DNA of 63,975 nucleotides, counting the filler, from Lenisia limosa (Eukaryota; Protista; Breviatea): the NCBI GenBank assembly GCA_001655205.1. It is 15 parts of 15 records of this genome, joined end to end, with 100 filler letters (N's around TTAATTAATTAA, not from the genome) between each part and the next. Parts side by side here need not be neighbours in the genome. Positions count along the whole stretch, not along the records: positions 1 to 4,026 come from LPNZ01002653.1; positions 4,127 to 9,875 come from LPNZ01007099.1; positions 9,976 to 11,545 come from LPNZ01006288.1; positions 11,646 to 17,523 come from LPNZ01005332.1; 11 more parts are not named here. One strand, given 5' to 3'. Each line of letters opens with the position of its first letter. Within the stretch, counting starts at the first letter, position 1. The position numbers were made by a program, and so were the translations under genes. Shown piece by piece: positions 1 through 12,343 of this stretch. The notes under the pieces were generated by a model. That model was not told the origin of the DNA and did no database searches. It was given only the letters and a program-made list of their open reading frames with translations.

Positions 1-9
1 CCTCAGACA

Positions 10-991
10 ATGTCAGAGTTGGAAAAGGCCATAGCCATGGCCGACGAGCTTCTTGCCCCGGAGTTTGCCGACAGAGACATTGACCGAGCCACAAGGTTCC
101 GACATCCGATAGCGTATATCGCCCCTCGACACACGCCAAGCACCTCTGGTATGTTAGATTGTTGTTTGAGAAGATCAGTTGTATCTAGATCCCTTTTTTT
201 TTCATATGGATTGCTGTTTGATGTTATGTTGCTCTTTATCAGAATTCCGCTTATCTGCCAGAAATTGAACCAACCCCCGCTCCGGGAGACTATACCGATG
301 ATGTCATCCAAATGCCGACCGCCCAATCAGGCCCGGCATGGAGGCAACCCGCCGCCAAGCCCCCTCTGGAACCTAGCTATCTTGGACCAGGTTCCAATAC
401 CGGGGACAGGGTCATGGCAGGTCGGATCGGAACCGATTTCGGCTCTTTGGCGGATAAGGATGTACCTTCAGGTCCTAGCTTCCGACAGCAACTGTCAAGA
501 CCATCAGTTGTCGTTGGCTCGGAGCAACTCGGTCCAGATGACACGTCACCCCGCCAGCTGTCACCACCACGTGGGGGCTATATTCCCCGCGGCACCACAG
601 GCCACTCNNNNNNNNNNNNNNNNNNNNNNNNNNNNNNNNNNNNNNNNNNNNNNNNNNNNNNNNNNNNNNNNNNNNNNNNNNNNNNNNNNNNNNNNNNNNN
701 GACGATCTCATTCCAATGTCCGCGGTCAAACACAAACCACGGGTGCAACAAAAGCCACAGCCGACCGAGCCAACCCCGGGTCCGGCAGACTATAATGATG
801 ATGTCATTCGGGCCCCTCCGCAGACAACCGGACACATTTTGGTGACAAAGCCGCGAGCACGGCCGACAATGGAACCGAAGGGCCTTTATGGGGCCGAGGC
901 TTCTCTGGACCCTGACAGAGTGGCCAATATTGAGAAGAGTCTAACCCGGGCCGGCAATGATGAACTTTCTCAGCTGATTGGCGGTCTCAAG
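10..991 (+). CDS. Proline-rich protein of unknown function, partial (exons about 10-148 and 262-991 across an N gap; 3' end unresolved, possibly about 1490-1565)
   Basis: GC-rich open frames; GT at 149 and AG at 260-261 join in frame (..PSTSEIEPTPAPGDY..); donor AAG|GTGCGG plus a G-run at 992. No family recognised. Confidence 0.55.
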
Positions 992-1819
992 GTGCGGAGG
1001 GGGGGGGGGGNNNNNNNNNNNNNNNNNNNNNNNNNNNNNNNNNNNNNNNNNNNNNNNNNNNNNNNNNNNNNNNNNNNNNNNNNNNNNNNNNNNNNNNNNN
1101 NNNNNNNNNNNNNNNNNNNNNNNNNNNTAAATCCTTGATCTACATCTTACAAATTGTTTGCCTTTTGCCTAACAATGAATTATTCCCCTCTCCATGTTGA
1201 CAGTCACATTCTAATAATCATAGACTGTGTCAGTTGCAAGTAGATTAATTGTTGATGATGACGTTAACACCATGGAACTTGGAAGGAAGCAGTATTGGCA
1301 AGGCAGTTGACCATATGTTTCTTTATATTGTTTATTTGTATAGTATGTTACGATTGCTATCTTTGGGGACGTGGAAAGTTGTGAAATAGTATTATCAGGA
1401 TGTTATTGTTCTGTTTTCTTGTCAAATACACAAATTCAAATGTATGACTATTAGCGTAATACATTGACCTTTGTCCTTTTATTCGCAGCTTCCAGGCTAG
1501 TTCTACTATCCTACCCAGATCCTACCAGGCCACTAGGCCACGAGGATGGAGGATGGATTTAGTATATTAACACTTCTAATTACGGTGGCGAGGATATTAT
1601 TAAAAAAAATCCGAAGAAACCTCGTAAAATAAGGATATTTATTTAGGGGTCAGTTCATTAAGAAGTCTGCTATAGGGTGCAAAGCTCCGGTTATATCCTG
1701 ACTTAGCGGAGTAGCCGTTTTGCTCGCCAGTCGCCCTTCCAGCACATTCTCCCAGTATTATTAGCTGATATTGCATTAACAACAACGTTTCCAACGGCAA
1801 CTTTGCTCTTTAAATCAAA

Positions 1820-3983
1820 ATGGCTACCTGTATGTTCCCAGAATTGATTGCACATCAGCTCTTATATCGCTAATTGTCTTTAGATTGTAAGTTCACGCTT
1901 ACTCCAGACGAGACCAAGCAGTTTTCGGACTTTTTCAATCGGCTTGCCACCAACAACCAGGTGACAGCCGGAGTAGTTGTTCCTTTTCTGAAGTCCTCGG
2001 GCCTCCCGCAAGATACGCTAAAGAAGGTTTGTCGCGATTTTTTAGTCTTGTAGAAGGATTTTTCTTTGCTCTCCTTTGAGTTTCTCTGAGAGTTGACATT
2101 GCAGATTTGGCAATACAGTGTTTCATCGCAAACGCAGACCTATCTCAATGAGCCAGAGTTTCACACCATGATGCGCTATGTGGCGTACGCCCAAGAAGGC
2201 TCGGATGTGGGTGTGGTCAGTGAGGATTATGAGAAAATAATCGTACGTAACTCGTGCAGTATTCTTGGGATATGCAGTGATGATGGCTTGTAAGCTTTTT
2301 TCGGGAATACGAAACAGGAGTGGTTGAAATAGCACTTTGTTATCCTCATTATGCCCAACAAATGTTATTTTACCTGATGAGGTAGCAAGATTATTGATTA
2401 CATCAGCCTATTTCAAAACATCTATCGTGAACTTTAAAGTTCCCCCTTTTCAATTAACATTATTCATTTGATATATTTTCCAGTATTTTATAATGTGAAG
2501 TAATTGCTTTTTTACGCTACTCTTTCCGCTTTCTTACTTATCAACAGGTCAATCCTGGACTGGCAGCCTCAAAGCATGTCCCCCCTATGCCGCAGTTCAC
2601 AAACCCTCCTCCTTCCCAGCACGTGGGCGGGGTTGGCGATAGGTTATNNNNNNNNNNNNNNNNNNNNNNNNNNNNNNNNNNNNNNNNNNNNNNNNNNNNN
2701 NNNNNNNNNNNNNNNNNNNNNNNNNNNNNNNNNNNNNNNNNNNNNNNNNNNNNNNNNNNNNNNNCACAATATGTGAACGATAAGCTTTATAATATGATAC
2801 ACACACACACACATAATTATATATATACAGTATATATATACTACATGTACTACTTGTAGATATTGGCAATACATACCTCGGACTGTTTCAATCTGAAGGA
2901 AGACTGCCTAGTTTAAATCCATATCTGGCCATACAGAATCTATGGTTGCTCCTCTCCGTATGAATGAAACTTTTGTTTTGTATAGATGTCCACCCTACCT
3001 TTGATCTAACTTTCCCTCTTTAGCCTGAGGAAACAGCCTCGCCGGCCCCGCCCGCGTCCTCGAGTGAGGCCCTGCAGATGACCACCGAGATGTGGGAGAA
3101 GTACGGCGTGACATTCAGCCAGAACAAGAACGAGCACAACGTTGTGACTGGTTGGGGGGGGGGGGGCATTTTNNNNNNNNNNNNNNNNNNNNNNNNNNNN
3201 NNNNNNNNNNNNNNNNNNNNNNNNNNNNNNNNNNNNNNNNNNNNNNNNNNNNNNNNNNNNNNNNNNNNNNNNNNNNNNNNNAATATGGTCATTTCTTCAG
3301 TTGTCGATATGGGTCATTTCTTCAGTTGTCAAATATATTCCCTACCTATCAACAGTTGGGCAATATTTTCAGGGTCGTATTCTGATTATAGCAAAAAATA
3401 ACATCTTTAGGCCATGCAGCACAGAGTCTTTTCCAACAAAGTAACCTGCCAAATGAAACTCTCGGGCAGATTTGGTGAGCGTTTTGACAAACTCCAACCA
3501 GCGTTGGCTGTGAAAAAAAGATGCGGAATATATGAATATCTACCTAACCGTCCAACCGTACAACAATAGCAGTACGTTTGGCAGTACCATGATATAAACA
3601 GTCTGCATTACTGAATAGCATTCGAGTAGCAGGAATGTAAAATTACGATTTCATGATCTTGTTTTTCTTTTGTAATGTGCTGAAATAAATGTACCTAAAG
3701 TGTGTTAGGCTGTACTTATTTAAGCACATCATTGCACAAAAATAAACAGGTTTTTTTTCTGCTATTGTAGTCCTCATTTTGGTTCCTGGTTAGCTAGTTG
3801 GATTGATATCTCGTGTTTTTTTTATTGACTCATACCAGGGCAATGTGTGACGTTGATGGTGACCACGCTCTCAACCGTGCTGAGTTCAGTGCTGCTATCC
3901 ACCTTATTTTCCTTGCTCGAAGAGGGACAACCATTCCCCGGGACCTCCCGCCCTATCTTCACCCTGCTAATTTACCCCCTAAG
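1820..3983 (+). CDS. EH-domain (Eps15-homology) endocytic adaptor with at least two EH domains, 3' truncated at linker. Exons 1820-1829, 1884-2026, 2105-~2206, ~2548-2642, 3024-3150, (gap), 3839-3983
   Basis: Spliced translation MATYCKFTLTPDETKQFSDFFNRLATNNQVTAGVVVPFLKSSGLPQDTLKKIWQYSVSSQTQTYLNEPEFHTMMRYVAYAQEG matches the EH pattern (SGLP..L.KIW; EF..M..VA.AQ.G). Second domain: MTTEMWEKYGVTF...VVTG / CDVDGDHALNRAEFSAAIHLIFLARRGTTIPRDLPPYLHP. Confidence 0.9.
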
Positions 3984-4026
3984 GTAAGACTCGTTCATAA
4001 AACAGCGTGAATAAAATACATATATA

Positions 4027-4126
4027 NNNNNNNNNNNNNNNNNNNNNNNNNNNNNNNNNNNNNNNNNNNNTTAATTAATTAANNNNNNNNNNNNNNNNNN
4101 NNNNNNNNNNNNNNNNNNNNNNNNNN
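4027..4126. other. Artificial 100-bp contig linker (first of 14; TTAATTAATTAA cores start at 4071, 9920, 11590, 17568, 19501, 21560, 25233, 26721, 34200, 36700, 38374, 44815, 48810, 62660)
   Basis: Identical N-run/TTAATTAATTAA/N-run structure each time; the core gives stops in all six frames; genes such as POLD1 start and stop abruptly at linkers. Confidence 0.97.
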
Positions 4127-4208
4127 TGGTTGAGGGAAAAGTGGATATATACATGTACAAATGTGGCAGGGACTGCTTTCCAAGGAGGGTGGGGAATGCA
4201 GTGCTGAC

Positions 4209-4285
4209 CATTGACCGGGATGAGTCTTGCTTGACCGATTTTCAATGGGTAATCATATAGCAATCGGTCAAGACTCCTTCGTGGG
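4209..4285. mobile_element. Hairpin MITE family E, degenerate copy
   Basis: TGACCGGGATGAGTCTTGCTTGACCGATTTT...AATCGGTCAAGACT, similar to copies at 8758 and 41777. Confidence 0.55.
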
Positions 4286-4341
4286 CTGGGTCGGTTGTAG
4301 TTGCTGGGGAGGAGAAATGTACATATTCATATTTCTATTCT

Positions 4342-4463
4342 GGGGAGGCACACAAAAAGCTGTGTGCACAGAGTTGTAAGGCAAATGATTGGGTGAATTA
4401 ATGTTACATTATCTCTTATCTCTCAGCGTGATGGTGTGGATGGCTTCGGCGAGATGCAACCTT
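4342..4463 (-). repeat. Dispersed repeat family A (about 130-150 bp); other copies about 20192-20253(-), 20598-20657(+), 21442-21514(-), 21655-21775(+), 33719-33842(+), 35599-35696(+), 47906-47995(+)
   Basis: Shared consensus AAGGTTGTATCTGGCTGAAGCCGTCCACACCATCACGCTTATAAGATATTGGATT...AATTCACCCAATCATTTGCC...ACTCTGTGCACACAGCTTTCTGCGTGCCTCCCCA. No TIR or TSD recognised. Confidence 0.85.
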
Positions 4464-4697
4464 ATTTTTGTATTTCTCATTGCTATAATATATAATAATA
4501 TTCATTACTCCCCCTTTTCTCATCACTATTTATCCATCAAGGTTTTTCCAAGAGGAGATTATCCTCCAACTTCTTCGCTGCAGTCCTGAGCAATACGATG
4601 GTGAGAATAAATGATACACACTAGACTTGCGAATCTTGTGAACAAGTTGGAATTCCCATTCATTAAAGGGAATCCCAAGGCATTTCATGGAAATCGG

Positions 4698-4964
4698 AAG
4701 AAATTTATGTGACTTCCAAATAATACAAGGGAATCCCAAGTCGATGCGCCGTAGTGCTGTCTGACACCCATTATTGTCCCAATTTTTAGTTTTGTAGTTT
4801 CTATAATTTTCTTTGATACAAAGGGAATATAAATTCTAGGGTCGTATCAATGAATTATAGAACTACAAAACCAAAACTAGAGAAAATAATGGGTGTCAGA
4901 CAGCACTACGGCGCATCGGCTTGGGATTCTCCCTTGTATTATTTGGAAGTCACATAAATTTCTT
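4698..4964. mobile_element. Long fold-back element: about 115-bp inverted arms around a spacer of about 40 bp
   Basis: Left arm AAGAAATTTATGTGACTTCCAAATAATACAAGGGAATCCCAAGTCGATGCGCCGTAGTGCTGTCTGACACCCATTATT... is the near-perfect reverse complement of the right arm (~4853-4964). Confidence 0.85.
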
Positions 4965-6192
4965 TCATTAATACTAACCTAGTATTTTTTATTCTCTTTT
5001 AGCGTCAACTGCGCTTTCGTCCTTCCCCGTTACTCTGATCACTAATTATGCGAATCGAGGTTCATTAGGTATCAGGGAGTGGGATGATAATCACAACTGG
5101 TTACTACTTATGATATCTCAAATTAACACCGAGGGCTTAGGAACCAAATTGAATTTTTTTAACTCAAAACATCTGTGTAACCCCCAGAAGAGATTTTGCT
5201 AATATGGTAGTGTGCAAATGATTCAGCTGCTGTACACAATACTTCTCTTCTAAAAGAACTCCTTTCTGTATCTTCTTTGATACTCAAATTGCAGAATCTT
5301 TAGCGACTCNNNNNNNNNNNNNNNNNNNNNNNNNNNNNNNNNNNNNNNNNNNNNNNNNNNNNNNNNNNNNNNNNNNNNNNNNNNNNNNNNNNNNNNNNNN
5401 NNNNNNNNNNNNNNNNNNNNNNNNNNNNNNNNNNNNNNNNNNNNNNNNNNNNNNNNNNNNNNNNNNNNNNNNNNNNNNNNNNNNNNNNNNNNNNNNNNNN
5501 NNNNNNNNNNNNNNNNNNNNNNNNNNNNNNNNNNNNNNNNNNCATATTTTGGTATCGCTTTCTTCTTTTCTCCTGGGAATTACTCAAGGCTGGTCAATCA
5601 GATCAATAGCGCTCTTAATTGGTAAATACTAACAACAGCAAATATGCATCTCTTTATATTACCCAGCAAATCTCCCCCCCCCCCCAANNNNNNNNNNNNN
5701 NNNNNNNNNNNNNNNNNNNNNNNNNNNNATTTCCAATGCTTACCGCTTCAACTCCAACTTAAATTACACAATCCGATCCTGTGATGATATATAGCGATCC
5801 ATCATTTGTTTGTAAACATTGGCGCATTTTCCGGAGTGACAACATCTTAATCCTGAATACAAGCAACACTTCTAACATACAATAGAAAACAGCATATTGT
5901 CGACAATTGACATTTTCATCCTGGAAACCTTTCGTTTAAACGAAAGTTGATTCCAATAGAGGAGCTTTGTATTGATTAGTGGATATTGGTTTTTGCCAAT
6001 TAAATAGTCGGACCCAGTCACCAGTCCCGTTAAATTGAGCCCTTCATCAACTTTGACAAATTCCCTTTTGTTATGTATGATTTCCCGTCACCTCCGTATC
6101 ATTAACTTTTTGTTTTACCGTTTTCAAAACATAAAAACAGTATAAGTGTTTCAAGTACCCTTCATATTTCCGTTCTTATCCCTCCAGATGAT

Positions 6193-6950
6193 GAAGCACT
6201 GTGGATCATAGGTCCTGTCTTTGCCCCCTTAATGAGTACTAAGAAAGAGCTTGTCACCCTGCCCTCTGATGCTGCCTTGCTCTGTCTGCTTAAAGCTCTC
6301 ATTATTATATTCAAATACAGTGACCGCGATAAGCCCTGACACGATTGAATTAAGATAAAGCTCAGTGCCCGTGTCAGGACGAATCTCTGTCACATATTTG
6401 ATGTAGTTATATTGGCAAACCAACCAATTATTACATAAGGCATTCATTTATCTATATTAATATACCATATAATATAAAGAACATTAAATATTCCTATTTA
6501 TCAAATATTAGTGATATTGTAACTAGTTTTGAGTGTGTGTTAACGTAACCTTCACGTGATACTTTTTTCTTGGCTTTTTATTCCAAATTTCCATTTCACT
6601 CCCACCCAGGCCAAGGTTCTCCAGGATCAGTTGCGGCCCTGTTAGCAGCTTTGGCGCACATTGTGGATGATGAATCCTTGACATGGACAGTGGGGTGTGG
6701 CGAGGAATTGTGTTCTTATCCACGGTCCCAATTCCAAAAATATATTTTTGTCTCTCCTCATTTCAATATTCTATATTGTTCATATCCCAAAATCTGATAC
6801 ATCTTCAGGCAACTCACGATGACCTCCCTGGAAACCCAATACTCACAGATCGCCCTCCTGAGATCTGCGCGTTTCTCAATATGGAAGCCATGGCCGAACT
6901 ATGGTACTCCAATGACCTCCTTCGCAAGGCTACGAGCGCAAAGCACTACT
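6193..6950 (+). CDS. Exon-like fragments of an unknown gene or pseudogene
   Basis: AG-flanked open segments DDEALWIIGPVFAPLMSTKKEL.., GQGSPGSVAALLAALAHIVDDES.., ATHDDLPGNPILTDRPPEICAFLNMEAMAELW..; a stop interrupts the first; splicing unresolved. Confidence 0.3.
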
Positions 6951-8099
6951 GTTTGCTCTTGTTTTGTTTTTTTAGTTTATCAAAGCAGTCATGTAGTACA
7001 GAAATCATACTTGTTGTGTTGTTTATCATAATTTATCGTTGCTTTCTGTTCTATTTTAATTTTGCTATCTTGTTTTTTTTTGAACCACAAATCCATTGAA
7101 GAAATGGTTGGATGTGTCTCGCTTTTTCTCTCCTTTTCTTTTCAAATGTTGATACACAAGATCAATATATCACAAAAAAAACAACCAAGGCGTTCAGCGA
7201 AGTATTATTTTCAATCTAGTTAAGTTTCGGCGACCTGAACCCTATCACACATTTTCCCACAGTTTTTTTATTATTATTGCTTTAGATTTTGCCCTATATT
7301 TCAATACCTTCACCTTATTGTCATCAGTCACATCATTGAATGTTTTATCTGATTAGCTATCAACATTGGATGAATTTCATCTCATTCAAGAACTTAAATA
7401 GCGAACAAAAATATTGTTGAATTTTTTCGGGCAACTCGTGTGACATGTAAGATTCTGACCTTTAACTGCTCATTCTTAATTTGCTCTCTACTCTCTTCTA
7501 CCTTCTTCTTTGACTACATCCTCTTTGCCTTGACACCCTCATTCATTCTACGAAAATCTTCAATGTCTTTGGACTTGTAAGTCTTACTTGGTTCTCTAAA
7601 CAGTAGTTAATTTCATAAATATAAAAACCCTCATTTACCATATTGAGTGATAATGTAGGGAAAACAATGATGTAAAGCTTGGCATCACTTAGTATTAAGA
7701 ATATGAAATCCACTGTCACTTTGCATCTTATGAACAAGAAACCAAGTATATTATATGATATCAACGAGTTTAAATAGCTCGATTAAAAGGAGAATACAAG
7801 TCTAAGCAAATTTGCAATTACAGAAAATATTTTACTGTACCAAGAAATATTCCTATATCAGTTTCTTGTAATTAAGAGTAAATTGAATTGAAGCGTTAAA
7901 ATCAAGACTACAATAATTTCATAACTCTAAGTCATTGTCTGGCAACTTCCCTCCCCCCTCCTCACCATGAAAAGTTAAACGCCATAGCAGGGTTGCTGTT
8001 AATAAAAAAACACCCCACTAATTTTATATTTGTATTATAAAAAGAAAGATTCAATATTTTTGGAAAACTGAGTAAAAATTGCTGTCAAGATTACTGGGA

Positions 8100-8229
8100 C
8101 ATGCCGATGAGAACATGAACATTTCTTTCGGTTCCAAAAATAGGCGTTCAGAGTGGTGGAAAGTTCTGAGAAGGTCTTCGCGGACAGCTTGAAGTTGGTC
8201 ATCACTTCCCGGGAGAGCTGTTCGACTGA
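8100..8229 (-). CDS. Possible exon with a TBC/Rab-GAP-like motif
   Basis: Frame LPGSDDQLQAVREDLLRTFHHSERLF resembles the TBC I..DL.RTF motif; no second TBC motif found. Confidence 0.2.
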
Positions 8230-8757
8230 TTCTTCCGTGGCATCATATTAAATTGTGCCTTTCAGCCGCATTCAGTCCTTTCTCCTCTTTTGCTTCTCAT
8301 ATCAAGATTCTTTTTTGAGAAGCACCACACAATAATATGGCGTTTGTGATAGACTCGCGTATTAAATCATTTCCATTTGGCTTTTTGTTTTTCTTTCTTT
8401 GAATAAATTGATTTCTGTGTTCTCTTCTCTTTTGTTTTTCTCAAGAGCTTACCTTCTAGTTACAGCGTCGTACCTTGGTAAGATGGTGCCTTTGATTGTT
8501 TGGTAAGATATTGGTTCTGAAATCTTTTCATCATATCACTTTTTGGATCATTTTTACGCAGTGATATGATACTTCATATCCACTCATGTGAAAATTGACC
8601 GACAAGTCTCAATGAAACTCTGATATACTCGGTATTAACCCTCATGTAATCTTTCATCATTTCGACTTGAAAGTCGGTCAAACGATCATATCACTTGTGG
8701 ATATGGGTTAACATTTATGTTTCGGATTAAAACAATTTTAAATTAATAAAAAAGAAA

Positions 8758-8833
8758 CAGTGACCGGGATAGTCTTGACCTATTTTCCTTGGGAAACATC
8801 ATTGCAAATCTGTCAAGAGTTATCACGGGCATT
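8758..8833. mobile_element. Hairpin MITE family E copy
   Basis: CAGTGACCGGGATAGTCTTGACCTATTTTCCTTGGGAAAC...AAATCTGTCAAGAGTTATCACGGGC, imperfect inverted arms. Confidence 0.65.
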
Positions 8834-10216
8834 AGGGATGCTATAATTGTTGTCATCCACAATAGACACCGCGATGAAGCTCTCGTATCCGTTAGCAGAA
8901 AGTTGTTCTTCCGGCCTTTTGAATGGTATCCAAAACTTCCTTGAATACACGTCGCCCCAGACCAAGCTTTTAGCTATGGTTGGCAGGGGCTACAATATGT
9001 GTGATATATACTGTAGAGATTATATTATCGATATACTATACATATTACAATATCAATATGAACCAATTAAGACCGTTAAAAAATATCGATATATCGAGAT
9101 TCAAAAAAATAAATTCGGCTTTTTCAGACGTTACAGAAGCCCTTAGTATCCCTTCATGACCCCCCTCCCCCCCTAGTGGCTCTCTAGAGGATTCAGCAGG
9201 TCCGTATCCCCCAAACAGGTGGTGGACTTTGGCAATAACGACAAACTCGACCAGCTTTGCCCCACCCTTCGTCTGTGGTTCCTTTTTTGAAATCAAGCCT
9301 TTTTTTATATTACATTAGATCAAATAAAGCAAAAGTATAGATATTTATTTACACGTCACGTCACTTACTCTCATATCTTGACTTATCAGAATTGGACCCG
9401 CCTTCCTCTTCATACTTAGCATGGAAGTTGACTCACCCCCCTCTTGCAATCCCACAGAAGTATGCAGAAACTGTGTTCAGGAAGATATACTAAAAGTAAA
9501 TGATTGCGTGAATTAATACGAACCTTTTAGACAGGTTTAGGTAAGAGATAACCTTTTTTTTCAATATACACACAATTTGAAATGCAAAATTGGTTTCAAC
9601 CAATGTTAGTCTTCTCTTCTACTTATTCCCTCAGAATGCCTGATACTGCTGCTAGTGAGGCGGAAAGAACACAGCACGCCCATACCAGCAGTTTAGGTCC
9701 GAACTGTGGAGCTTGTTGTACTTTACTGTTAATTCATAGTTTTCTTTTTTTTTATCAGTTGTGAATATATAATGATTGTAGGCATCTGTATTTCAAAGTG
9801 TGGTGATTTTTTGACTTTTGTTTTCTTTTTTCTTTATATCTGGTATGATTGTGAGTCGAACTTGTATTCGTTTATNNNNNNNNNNNNNNNNNNNNNNNNN
9901 NNNNNNNNNNNNNNNNNNNTTAATTAATTAANNNNNNNNNNNNNNNNNNNNNNNNNNNNNNNNNNNNNNNNNNNNAATGGAAATTCACATCAAGGTTTGG
10001 ATTCTAGGTTTATTATCTCATTCTAGTTTTGTTTTGTTTTTGTTTTCTTTCCTTCTTTTTTTTCTCCAACTATTCACATGTTTATCGAAGATTTATCGAG
10101 ATATTCCGTCTTTCATGGGACCGTGAGCTCCAAATAATTCACCTGATGTTTATTTCTCTCTTTTTTCCTCTAAAATATGTCTTTTATCTTCAGTTTTTTT
10201 TTTAAACATGTTTCAG

Positions 10217-11464
10217 GAGCTCGAAGAGTCATACGCAAGATCCCATGTTGACTTGACCTATCTGGAAGTCTCTGGATTGACTATGGTGGGAGGCACACAC
10301 ACTCACTCCTCGGAACTGGCCAAATCTGAAACCCCTACCAAATCCCTGCCCCCACACACAACACTCTATATAACAAAAACCCACACCTATTCATGTATAT
10401 CTCATACAAGACCTTTTATCGTACACCATCCACTTAATTGAGCTCTTTTGTTGTTGTTTTGTTGTTATCTACCCTCGTGAGTTTGCCAATAGAGTTGATT
10501 TTGGGCTTTTTTGTTTCATATATTTTCCACCCCCCCCCCCTTTCACATNNNNNNNNNNNNNNNNNNNNNNNNNNNNNNNNNNNNNNNNNNNNNNNNNNNN
10601 NNNNNNNNNNNNNNNNNNNNNNNNNNNNNNNNNNNNNNNNNNNNNNNNNNNNNNGTTTTAGTCACAGTTGCGGGTTATTTTGCTTCATAACTTTTCCTGT
10701 TTTACTCCCCCAGGCCGCGGCACTAATGCGGCTGAAGGCCGAACAAGCCAAATCTGAAACCTCCCACGCAGGCCTCGACAAAATGATCGACTTAGTGGGG
10801 GGGGGGGGGGCGNNNNNNNNNNACACGCCCCAATAGCACATGTGGTCACCAACCAAATTCTTGTGCTTTTTTTTTTTGAACAAATGAAGTAACATAGATT
10901 AGAAATCTACGGAAACAAATTAATACATAAGCTTTGTTTTTTTTTTTGAAAAAAATGAAAATTTTATGCCTGGACCAGCAAAGAGTTCAAAAGAGAAAGA
11001 ACAAATGTCAAACAGAGAATAGTTCAGACACAAAGAAAAGGAAAATATCAAACAAATAAATACGAACTTCAATATGAGCCCCCTAAAGGAGTTAGAGAAA
11101 TGAAAAACAAACCTTCATATGAAGCAACAAATTAACATTCTATTTCAATGTCTACTTTCCCTTTTCAATTTAACAGCCTGCATATAAATGATATCAAGTA
11201 GTGAACAAAGAGGAAGGAAACACAGAACAGAGCAAGCAAATAGTCAACGGATTGAATTCATAAGCTTATCCAAAAGATGGTTAAACAGAGTGAACTTAAA
11301 AGGAATAAAAATGATCAGAGACATTCACATACACACACACAACATTCACACCCCCTCTCCCAGCTTGAGGAATCGGCGGCCGAGGAAGTGACAGTGGACG
11401 GCGGAGAGGCAATAATCGGCCTGGTCGACTCAACTAGACGCAGCATGCACGCCGCCGTGACTTG
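10217..11464 (+). CDS. Unknown helical protein, internal exons 10217-10285, 10714-10794, 11364-11464
   Basis: Canonical AG/GT boundaries with C-run acceptors and G-run donors; peptides ELEESYARSHVDLTYLEVSGLTM, AAALMRLKAEQAKSETSHAGLDKMIDL, LEESAAEEVTVDGGEAIIGLVDSTRRSMHAAVT. Confidence 0.55.
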
Positions 11465-11789
11465 GTATGGGGGGTGAGGCTTTAGAGGTGTGAATCTTAT
11501 TTATGAAGAAAATATTTACATATCAAATGAAGTTAAACTGGGTTTNNNNNNNNNNNNNNNNNNNNNNNNNNNNNNNNNNNNNNNNNNNNTTAATTAATTA
11601 ANNNNNNNNNNNNNNNNNNNNNNNNNNNNNNNNNNNNNNNNNNNNTAGGGGGTTTTGTGTCCGATGTTTAAACATAAAGACTATTCACAACCAAAACTGC
11701 CATATTGTCTCAATATTGCAATTTTTCCTGTCCATTTTTACCCACTTATAGAGTTATCATGTCTGGGAATAGGAAAAACTACCCTGAAG

Positions 11790-11850
11790 AATTATCTTGA
11801 AGGGTCATTTTAATTACTTACGCAATTTTTCAATATTTTTTTTGGGACAA
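11790..11850 (-). repeat. Dispersed repeat family H; further copies about 15205-15260, 16085-16130, 16395-16445 (+)
   Basis: Shared core TAAGTAATTAAAATGACC(C)TTC.GGAT; I saw it only in the 11646-17523 contig. Confidence 0.6.
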
Positions 11851-12126
11851 GCACCAAAAAAACTTTCAGTGTTAACAATAATTTTTAGCCCAATCTTTCC
11901 ATATTCTTAGGTATGATTGCAATAGAAAACCCCGAGTGGTTTTCTGATTGTATTTTTACAAGGAGTTTTCTGGCCGGAAAACATGAGTTTGTGACGAAAA
12001 CGAGTGTTTTCCTCAACAAAAAACTCCAAGAATTTGATTCCATCGTGGACCATTTTTTATACCAGTTCAACTATAGTTGAATTGTCCTCTGCAGAGAATC
12101 GGTTGATAGGTAAGCATTATTTAAAG

Positions 12127-12283
12127 CAGGGTGCCAATCCAGAAAATTGTTTTCCGAACAAAAATTTCGGTGACGTCATCTTTTAACTACTTTTTACAGA
12201 ATTTAACAAAGGTTTTGGTCAGTATGATATTCACAACATTTGTTCTCTTGCTTCCAAAACAAAGTTTCTGGGTTGGCACCCTG
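12127..12283. mobile_element. MITE with about 25-bp TIRs starting CAGGGTGCCAA (hAT-like)
   Basis: CAGGGTGCCAATCCAGAAAATTGTTTT ... AAAACAAAGTTTCTGGGTTGGCACCCTG; flanks ATTTAAAG / CTTTACAC give only a partial 8-bp match. Confidence 0.7.
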
Positions 12284-12343
12284 CTTTACACCTTATATTT
12301 GACTTTGTGAATCTGTTTTTTTGTTGAATACATTGAAAGCAAC

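Noticed and set aside
4071-4082. TTAATTAATTAA palindrome as a recurrent regulatory or homeobox-like site
   Set aside because: Always centred in N-runs with a fixed total length of 100 bp; an all-frame-stop assembly linker.
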